Positions 55,005 to 64,000 of a stretch of DNA of 64,000 nucleotides are shown here, one piece after another (positions within the stretch are counted from its first letter, which is position 1; each line of letters begins with the position of its first letter). Made by a program: the position numbers and the translations under genes. The notes below the pieces were generated by a model. It was not told where the DNA came from and did not search any database. It worked only from the letters and a program-made list of their open reading frames with translations. The stretch is from the NCBI RefSeq assembly GCF_035084215.1, contig NC_090370.1, positions 16,988,001 through 17,052,000 of the forward strand, written 5' to 3'. This stretch comes from Heptranchias perlo. Its lineage: Eukaryota.

Positions 55005-57100
55005 TCTAGGTATAATGTCCTGGCATATTACAGTCTCACAGCGAAGAGCCTAGAATATTACAGTGTCATACTGAGCAGCCAATAAATGACAGTGTCACAG
55101 TGAGAGTTTCATGCATATTACAGGGCCACAGTGAGGGTCACAGCACTTCACAGTGTTACAGTAAGGGCCCGGAATATTAGCATCACACTGAGGGGCTGAT
55201 ATATTAGTGTCATAGTGAGCTGTCGGGGATATTACACTGTCAAAGTGAGCGCCCCTGTATATTACAGTGTCACAGTGATTGGCCTGGTATGTTACAGTGT
55301 AAAAGTGTAAAAGGGAGGGGTCAGTATATTACACTCAGTGGCCTGGTATATTAAACTAACACAGTGAGGAAACTGGTAAATTAGTGAAACAATGAGGGAC
55401 AAGTACATTACACTGTCACAGTAACAAAGTTTCCTGGCCAATTGAGGGGCTGGTCCGTTACAATGCCACAGTGAGAATTCCTGTATATTGCAATGCCTGT
55501 TCCTGTGTATTACACTGTCACTGTGATGTATCCAGTATATCACATAGTGACAGTGAGGAATTGGTACACTACATTGTCACTGAGAGGGGCCCAGTGTATT
55601 AGTGTCACAATGAGGATTTGGGCATAGTATAGTGTCATGCTGAGAGGCTGACATATTAAGAGTGTCACTTTGATCGGACTGGTATATTACATCGTTGGAT
55701 TGAAGGCCCTGGCTAGGCTTGTATTCCCTCGAGTATAGAAGATTAAGGGGAGATTTAATTGAGGTGCTTAAGATGATTAAAGGATTTGATATTGTAGATA
55801 GAGAGAAACTATTTCTTCTGGCAGGAGAGTCCAGAACAAGGGGGCATAACCTTAAAATTAGAGCTCGGCCGTTCAGGGGTGATGTCAGGAAGCACTTCTT
55901 CACACAAAGGGCAGTGGAAATCTGGAACTCTCTCCCCCAAAAAACTGTTGAGGCTGGGGGTCAATTGAAAATTTCAAAACTGGGATTGATAGATTTTGGT
56001 TAGGTAAGGGTATTAAGGGTTATGGAACCAAGGTGAGTAAATGGAGTTAAAATACAGATCAGCCATGATCTAACTGAACGACGGAACAGGCTCGAGGGGT
56101 TGAATGGCCTCCTCCTGTTCCTATGTTCCCATTGAGGCCCAGTATTGTACAGTGCAAAAGTGAGGGTCAGTATATTAGTGAAATAGTGAGGGCCAATACA
56201 TTGTCACAGAGAGAACTGATATATTACAGTGTCACAGCAAAGGGCCTGCTAGATCACAGTGAGGGTCTCAGTATCATAATGAGGGTCCTACTGTATTACA
56301 CTGATACAGTTAGGGCCTGATATATCAGTGACACAGTAGGACTGGTATATTACAGTGTCACAGTGACACACCCACTACATTACAGTGTCACAGACAGGTG
56401 CCCAGTGTATTGCAATATCACAAAGAGACCAGTTATATCACAGTGTCACAGTAAGGGGCCAGTACATCGCAATGTCACAGTGGCTGACCCAGTATGTTAG
56501 TGTAACCATGAGGGCCCAGTATTTTACAGTGTCCTGATATATTACAGTGGTACACTGAAGGACCCAGGATATTAGTGTCAGTATATTTTGCAGTGTCACA
56601 GTGAATGTCCCAGTATATTACAATATTTCAGTGAGGGACTGGGTAAATATAATAGCGTCACATTGTGGGGCCCAGTCTATTACACTGTCAGAGAGGGGCC
56701 AGGACATTACACTGTTACAGAGAGACCTGGCATATTACAGTTTCACAGACGAGGGGCGGTTATATTAGTGTCACACTGAGGGTTCAGGTATATTGCAGGG
56801 TTATAGTGAGAGATGGTATAACAGTGCCAAGTAGAGGGGCCCGGTGACATCGCCAGCGAAGGGCTGCTATATTGCAATTTGAGTTGGGGGGCTTTTTAGC
56901 TCACAGTGACTCTTCAAGAATATTAGCATCAAAGTGAGGGTGCTGTAATATTATATTGTAACACTGAGGGGTCCACTGTTACAGTTCAAAAGTGAGCCGT
57001 TGATATATTATAGTGTCACACTGAGAGGTTCTGTGTATTAGTGTCATCGAGAGGGTCCAGTATATTACAATATTACACCGAGTGTCGCTGCATATTACAA
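55005..57100. repeat. Degenerate ~30-bp minisatellite (old domain), interrupted by CR1
   Basis: Recurrent tattacagtgtcacagtgagggccc-like units with high divergence. Confidence 0.85.
55710..56130 (+). mobile_element. Relatively young 5'-truncated CR1 LINE 3' end
   Basis: LGLYSLEYRRLRGDLIEVLKMIKGFDIVDREKLF...RTRGHNLKIR...RKHFFTQRAVEIWNSLPQ; tail gaatggcctcctcctgttcctatgttcc. Confidence 0.92.
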
Positions 57101-57660
57101 TAACTTGCATTTATATAGCGCCTTTAACGTAGAAAAATGTCCCAAGATGCTTCACAGAGGCACAATCAGACAAGAATAGAGACCGAGACAAAGGAGGAGA
57201 TATTAGGAGGGGTGACTAAAAACTTGGTCAAAGAGAGGGGTTTTAAGGAGGGTTTTAAAGGAGGAGAGAGTTGGAGAGGTTTAGGGAGGGAATTCCAGAG
57301 CGGGAGCCAAGGCGGCTGAAGGCGCGGCTGCCAATGGGACGAAGGAATTCGGGGTGCACAAGAGGCCAGAGTCGGAGGTGGAGAATTCCAGTTTTGGGCC
57401 GGGGGGGGGGGTGTTGGTGTAGGGCTGGAGGATATTATAGAGATAGGGAGGGGAAAGGCCATGAAGAGATTTAAACAAAAGAATGAGAATTTTAAATTGG
57501 AGGTGTTGGGGGACCAGGAGCCAATATAGGTCAGTGAGCTCAGGAATGATGAGTGAGCAGGACTTAGTGCGAGTTAGGATACTGGCAGCAGAGTTTTGGA
57601 TGAGCTGAAGTTTATGGAGGGTGGAGGATGGGAGGCCGGTCAAGAGAGCATTGGAATAGT
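57100..57660 (-). mobile_element. L2-type LINE 3' fragment
   Basis: LTGLPSSTLHKLQLIQNSAASILTRTK...LQFKILILLFKSLHGLSPPYL; 3' end ggcgctatataaatgcaagtt. Confidence 0.9.
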
Positions 57661-60600
57661 CGTGTCACTATGAGTGTCCTGGGGCATTACAGTGCCACAG
57701 TGAATGTCTCAGGTATTACAGTGTCACTGAGAGTGTCCCGGGTATTAGCGTCACTGTGAGTGTCCTGGGTATTACAGTGTCACTGAGAGTGTCCTGGGGT
57801 ATTACAGTGTCACTATGAGTGTCCTGGGGCATTACAGTGCCACAGTGAATGTCTCAGGTATTACAGTGTCACTGAGAGTGTCCCGGGTATTAGCGTCACT
57901 GTGAGTGTCCCGGGTATTACAGTGTCACTGTGAGTGTCCCGGGTATTACAGTGTCACTGTGAGTGTCCCGGGTATTGGCGTCACTGTGAGTGTCCCGGGT
58001 ATTACAGTGTCACTGAGAGTGTCCCGGGTATTAGCGTCACTGTGAGTGTCCCGGGTATTACAGTGTCACTGTGAGTGTCCCGGGTATTACAGTGTCACTG
58101 TGAGTGTCCCGGGTATTAGCGTCACTGTGAGTGTCCCGGGTATTACAATGTCACTGTGAGTGTCCCGGGTATTAGTGTCACTGAGAGTGTCCCGGGTATT
58201 AGCGTCACTGTGAGTGTCCCGGGTATTACAGTGTCACTGTGAGTGTCCCGGGTATTAGCGTCACTGTGAGTGTCCCGGGTATTAGCGTCACTGTGAGTGT
58301 CCCGGGTATTACAGTGTCACTGTGAGTGTCCCGGGTATTAGCGTCACTGTGAGTGTCCCGGGTATTAGCGTCACTGTGAGTGTCCCGGGTATTAGCGTCA
58401 CTGTGAGTGTCCCGGGTATTACAGTGTCACTGTGAGTGTCCCGGGTATTACAGTGTCACTGAGAGTGTCTCAGGTATTACAGTGTCACTGAGAGTGTCCC
58501 GGGTATTAGCGTCACTGTGAGTGTCCCGGGTATTAGCGTCACTGTGAGTGTCCCGGGTATTAGCGTCACTGTGAGTGTCCCGGGTATTACAATGTCACTG
58601 TGAGTGTCCCGGGTATTACAGTGTCACTGTGAGTGTCCCGGGTATTACAGTGTCACTGAGAGTGTCCTGGGGCATTACAGTGTCACTGTGAGTGTCCCGG
58701 GTATTACAGTGTCACTGTGAGTGTCCCGGGTATTACAGTGTCACTGAGAGTGTCCTGGGGTATTACAGTGTCACTGAGAGTGTCCCGGGTATTACAGTGT
58801 CACTGAGAGTGTCCCGGGTATTAGCGTCACTGTGAGTGTCCCGGGGTATTACAGTGTCACTGAGAGTGTCCTGGGGTATTACAGTGTCACAGTGAGTGTT
58901 CCGGGGTATTACAGTGTCACTGTGAGTGTCTCAGGTATTACAGTGTCACTGAGAGTGTCCCGGGTATTAGCGTCACTGTGAGTGTCCCGGGGTATTACAG
59001 TGTCACTGAGAGTGTCCTGGGGCATTACAGTGTCACTGAGAGTGTCCCGGGTATTACAGTGTCACTGTGAGTGTCCCGGGGTATTACAGTGTCACTGAGA
59101 GTGTCCTGGGTCATTACAGTGTCACTGAGAGTGTCCCGGGTATTACAGTGTCACTGAGAGTGTCCCGGGTATTACAGTGTCACTGAGAGTGTCCTGGGGT
59201 ATTAGCGTCACTGTGAGTGTCCCGGGGTATTACAGTGTCACTGAGAGTGTCCTGAGGTATTACAGTGAGTGTCTTGGGGTATTACAGTGTCACAGTGAGT
59301 GTCCCGGGTATTACAGTGTCACTGAGAGTGTCCTGAGGTATTACAGTGAGTGTCTTGGGGTATTACAGTGTCACAGTGAGTGTCCCGGGTATTACAGTGT
59401 CACAGTGAATGTCCTGGGTATTACAGTGCCACAGTGAGTGTCCCGAGGTATTACAGTGTCACAGTGAGTGTCCTGGGGTATTACAGTGTCACTGAGAGTG
59501 TCCTGAGGTATTACAGTGTCACTGAGAGTGTCCTGGGGTATTACAGTGTCACAGTGAGTGTCCTGGGGTATTACAGTGTCACTGAGAGTGTCCTGAGCTA
59601 TTACAGTGTCACTGAGAGTGTCCTGGGGTATTACAGTGTCACAGTGAGTGTCCTGGGGTATTACAGTGCCACAGTGAGTGTCCTGGGGTATTACAGTGTC
59701 ACTGAGAGTGTCCTGGGGTATTACAGTGTCACTGTGAGTGTCCCGGGGTATTACAGTGTCACAGTGAGTGTCCCGGGTATTACAGTGTCACAGTGAGTGT
59801 CCTGGGGTATTACAGTATCACTGAGAGTGTCCTGGGGTATTACAGTGTCACAGTGAGTGTCCCGGGTATTACAGTGTCACAGTGAGTGTCCCGGGGTATT
59901 ACAGTGTCACTGAGAGTGTCCTGGGGTATTACAGTGTCACAGTGAGTGTCCCGGGGTATTACAGTGTCACTGAGAGTGTCCTGGGGTATTACAGTGTTAC
60001 AGTGAGTGTCCCGGGTATTACAGTGTCACAGTGAATGTCCTGAGGTATTACAGTGTCACAGTGAGTGTCCCGGGGTATTACAGTGTCACTGAGAGTGTCC
60101 TGGGTATTACAGTGTCACTGAGAGTGTCCCGGGTATTACAGTGTCACAGTGAGTGTCCTGGGGTATTACAGTGTCACTGAGAGTGTCCTGGGGTATTACA
60201 GTGTCACAGTGAGTGTCCCGGGTATTACAGTGTCACAGTGAGTGTCCCGGGGTATTACAGTGTCACTGAGAGTGTCCTGGGGTATTACAGTGTCACAGTG
60301 AGTGTCCCGGGGTATTACAGTGTCACTGAGAGTGTCCTGGGGTATTACAGTGTCACAGTGAGTGTCCCGGGTATTACAGTGTCACAGTGAATGTCCTGAG
60401 GTATTACAGTGTCACAGTGAGTGTCCCGGGGTATTACAGTGTCACTGAGAGTGTCCTGGGTATTACAGTGTCACTGAGAGTGTCTCAGGTATTACAGTGT
60501 CACTGAGAGTATCCTGGGGTATTACAGTGCCACATTGAGTGTCCCGGGTATTACAGTGTCACAGTGAGTGTCCTGAGGTATTACAGTGTCACGGTGAGTG

Positions 60601-63600
60601 TCCCGGGTATTACAGTGTCACAGTGAATGTCCCGGGTATTACAGTGTCACCGTGAGTGTCTCAGGTATTACAGTGTCACTGAGAGTGTCCTGGGGTATTA
60701 CACAGTGTCACCGTGAGTGTCCTGAGGTATTACAGTGTCACAGTGAGTGTCCCGGGTATTACAGTGCCACAGTGAGTGTCCTGGGGTATTACAGTGCCAC
60801 AGTGAGTGTCCTGGGGTATTACAGTGTCACAGTGAGTGTCCTGGGGTATTACAGTGTCACAGTGAGTGCCCTGGGGCATTACAGTGTCACTGAGAGTGTC
60901 CTGGTAATTACAGTGTCACTGAGAGTGTCTTGGGGTATTACAGTGTCACTGAGTGTCCTGAGGTATTACAGTGTCACTGAGAGTGTCCTGGGTATTACAG
61001 TGTCACCGTGAGTGTCTCAGGTATTACAGTGTCACTGAGAGTGTCCTGGGTATTACAGTGTCACCGTGAGTGTCCTGGGTATTACAGTGTCACCGTGAGT
61101 GTCTCAGGTATTACAGTGTCACTGAGAGTGTCCTGGGGTATTACACAGTGTCACCGTGAGTGTCCTGGGGTATTACAGTGTCACTGTGAGTGTCCCGGGG
61201 TATTACAGTGTCACAGTGAGTGTCCCGGGTATTACAGTGTCACAGTGAGTGTCCTGGGGTATTACAGTGTCACTGAGAGTGTCCTGGGGTATTACAGTGT
61301 CACAGTGAGTGTCCCGGGTATTACAGTGTCACAGTGAGTGTCCCGGGGTATTACAGTGTCACTGAGAGTGTCCTGGGGTATTACAGTGTCACAGTGAGTG
61401 TCCCGGGGTATTACAGTGTCACTGAGAGTGTCCTGGGGTATTACAGTGTCACAGTGAGTGTCCCGGGTATTACAGTGTCACAGTGAATGTCCTGAGGTAT
61501 TACAGTGTCACAGTGAGTGTCCCGGGGTATTACAGTGTCACTGAGAGTGTCCTGGGTATTACAGTGTCACTGAGAGTGTCCCGGGTATTACAGTGTCACA
61601 GTGAGTGTCCTGGGGTATTACAGTGTCACTGAGAGTGTCCTGGGGTATTACAGTGTCACAGTGAGTGTCCCGGGTATTACAGTGTCACAGTGAGTGTCCC
61701 GGGGTATTACAGTGTCACTGAGAGTGTCCTGGGGTATTACAGTGTCACAGTGAGTGTCCCGGGGTATTACAGTGTCACTGAGAGTGTCCTGGGGTATTAC
61801 AGTGTCACAGTGAGTGTCCCGGGTATTACAGTGTCACAGTGAATGTCCTGAGGTATTACAGTGTCACAGTGAGTGTCCCGGGGTATTACAGTGTCACTGA
61901 GAGTGTCCTGGGTATTACAGTGTCACTGAGAGTGTCTCAGGTATTACAGTGTCACTGAGAGTATCCTGGGGTATTACAGTGCCACATTGAGTGTCCCGGG
62001 TATTACAGTGTCACAGTGAGTGTCCTGAGGTATTACAGTGTCACGGTGAGTGTCCCGGGTATTACAGTGTCACAGTGAATGTCCCGGGTATTACAGTGTC
62101 ACCGTGAGTGTCTCAGGTATTACAGTGTCACTGAGAGTGTCCTGGGGTATTACACAGTGTCACCGTGAGTGTCCTGAGGTATTACAGTGTCACAGTGAGT
62201 GTCCCGGGTATTACAGTGCCACAGTGAGTGTCCTGGGGTATTACAGTGCCACAGTGAGTGTCCTGGGGTATTACAGTGTCACAGTGAGTGTCCTGGGGTA
62301 TTACAGTGTCACAGTGAGTGCCCTGGGGCATTACAGTGTCACTGAGAGTGTCCTGGTAATTACAGTGTCACTGAGAGTGTCTTGGGGTATTACAGTGTCA
62401 CTGAGTGTCCTGAGGTATTACAGTGTCACTGAGAGTGTCCTGGGTATTACAGTGTCACCGTGAGTGTCTCAGGTATTACAGTGTCACTGAGAGTGTCCTG
62501 GGTATTACAGTGTCACCGTGAGTGTCCTGGGATATTACAGTGCCACAGTGAGTGTCCCGGGTATTACAGTGCCACAGTGAGTGTCCTGGGTATTACAGTG
62601 CCACAGTGAGTGTCCTGGGGTATTACAGTGTCACTGAGAGTGTCCTGGGGTATTACAGTGTCACTGAGAGTGTCCCGGGTATTACAGTGCCACAGTGAGT
62701 GTCCTGAGGTATTACAGTGCCACAGTGAGTGTCCTGGGGTATTACAGTGCCACAGTGAGTGTCCTGGGGCATTACAGTGTCACTGAGAGTGTCCTGGGTA
62801 TTACAGTGTCACAGAGAGTGTCCTGGGGTATTACAGTGTCACCGTGAGTGTCCTGGGCATTACAGTGTCACTGTGAGTGTCCTGGGGTATTACAGTGTCA
62901 CAGTGAGTGTCCAGGATTTTACAGTGTCACAGTGAGTGTCCTGGGGTATTACAGTGCCACATTGAGTGTCCCGGGTATTACAGTGTCACATTGAGTGTCC
63001 TGGGGTATTACAATGTCACAGTGAGTGTCCTGGGGTATTACAGTGTCACTGAGAGTGTCCTGGGGTATTACAGTGTCACAGTGAGTGTCCTGGGGTATTA
63101 CAGTGTCACTGAGAGTGTCCTGGGGTATTACAGTGTCACTGAGAGTGTCCCGGGTATTGCAGTGTCACAGTGTGTGTCTGGGGTATTACAGTGTCACCGT
63201 AAGTGTCCTGGGGTATTAGTGTCACCGAGAGTGTCCTGGGGTATTACAGTGTCACTGAGAGTGTCCTGGGGTATTACAGTGTCACTGAGAGTGTCCTGGG
63301 GTATTACAGTGTCACCGTGAGTGTCCTGGGGTATTGGTGTCACCGAGTGTGTCCTGGGGTATTACAGTGTCACTGAGAGTGTCCTGGGGTATCACAGTGT
63401 CACTGAGAGTGTCCTGGGGTATTACAGTGTCACTGAGAGTGTCCTGGGGTATTACAGTGTCACTGAGAGTGTCCTGGGGTATTACAGTGTCACTGAGAGT
63501 GTCCTGGGGTATTACAGTGTCACTGAGAGTGTCCCGGATATTACAGTGTCACAGTGAGTGTCCTGGATATTACAGTGTCACCGTGAGTGTCCTGGGGTAT

Positions 63601-63790
63601 TGGTGTCACCGAGTGTGTCCTGGGGTATTACAATGTCACTGAGAGTGTCCTGGGGTATTACAGTGTCACTGAGAGTGTCCTGGGGTATTACAGTGTCACT
63701 GAGAGTGTCCCGGATATTACAGTGTCACAGTGAGTGTCCTGGATATTACAGTGTCACCGTGAGTGTCCTGGGGTATTCGTGTCACAGTGA
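57661..63790. repeat. Homogenised 27-30 bp minisatellite, ~6.1 kb (~210 units), in a ZNF148 intron
   Basis: Unit gggtattacagtgtcac(t/a)g(a/t)gagtgtcc(c/t)(g). Confidence 0.99.
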
Positions 63791-64000
63791 ATGGATAACA
63801 GGTACTGTTCTTATTCAATAGCCTTCATTTTAACATGTCATCATGGGAAACGAGCAATAGAACAGTTTGTGGTTAGGGTAAGAAACTAAAGAGACAGTAT
63901 CCCTCTTTCATCGCTTACCTAGGCTGTAGAACAAAACTCTAAAATGGTATCTCTTCAATGATCCCATTAAGTAAGCTCTATGCTTCTTTCGATAAAAATA

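Noticed and set aside
55005-63790. Numerous CACAGTG/CACTGTG heptamers matching the RAG recombination signal
   Set aside because: No ACAAAAACC-like nonamer seen at 12- or 23-bp spacing and no V/D/J segments; at most cryptic sites.
63790-64000. Search for the next upstream ZNF148 zinc-finger exon
   Set aside because: A donor-like cttacct at ~63914 is present, but no C2H2-coding sequence adjoins it; the exon is presumably beyond the window.

Overview
Eukaryotic vertebrate DNA, most likely a cartilaginous fish (inferred from CR1/L2 LINEs, a Deu-domain SINE, Penelope-type termini and a GPR139-like receptor fragment). About 75% of the window is tandem repeat. The only convincing intact gene is the 3' half of a ZNF148 (ZBP-89)-like gene on the minus strand: a 119-bp zinc-finger exon (54236-54354) and a 1.6-kb last coding exon (46225-47841). 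A 5'-truncated GPR139-like GPCR lies at 1371-1985. Five tandem arrays are present: ~67 bp, a GT-rich compound array, a ~32-kb 35-bp satellite, 38/39 bp and 29/30 bp. Most notable: (1) the 38/39-bp intronic array is amplified from the ZNF148 exon end plus its 5' splice site, giving many decoy donors and a perfect duplicate donor 38 nt downstream; (2) a perfect 98-bp-arm palindrome in the large satellite carries a hammerhead-ribozyme motif on both strands, with a 12-bp flanking duplication; (3) the GT array grew from inside a SINE; (4) retroelement insertions repeatedly sit at borders between old and young satellite domains. No CRISPR, rRNA or true tRNA genes were seen. Repeat family names come from recalled motifs, not database searches.
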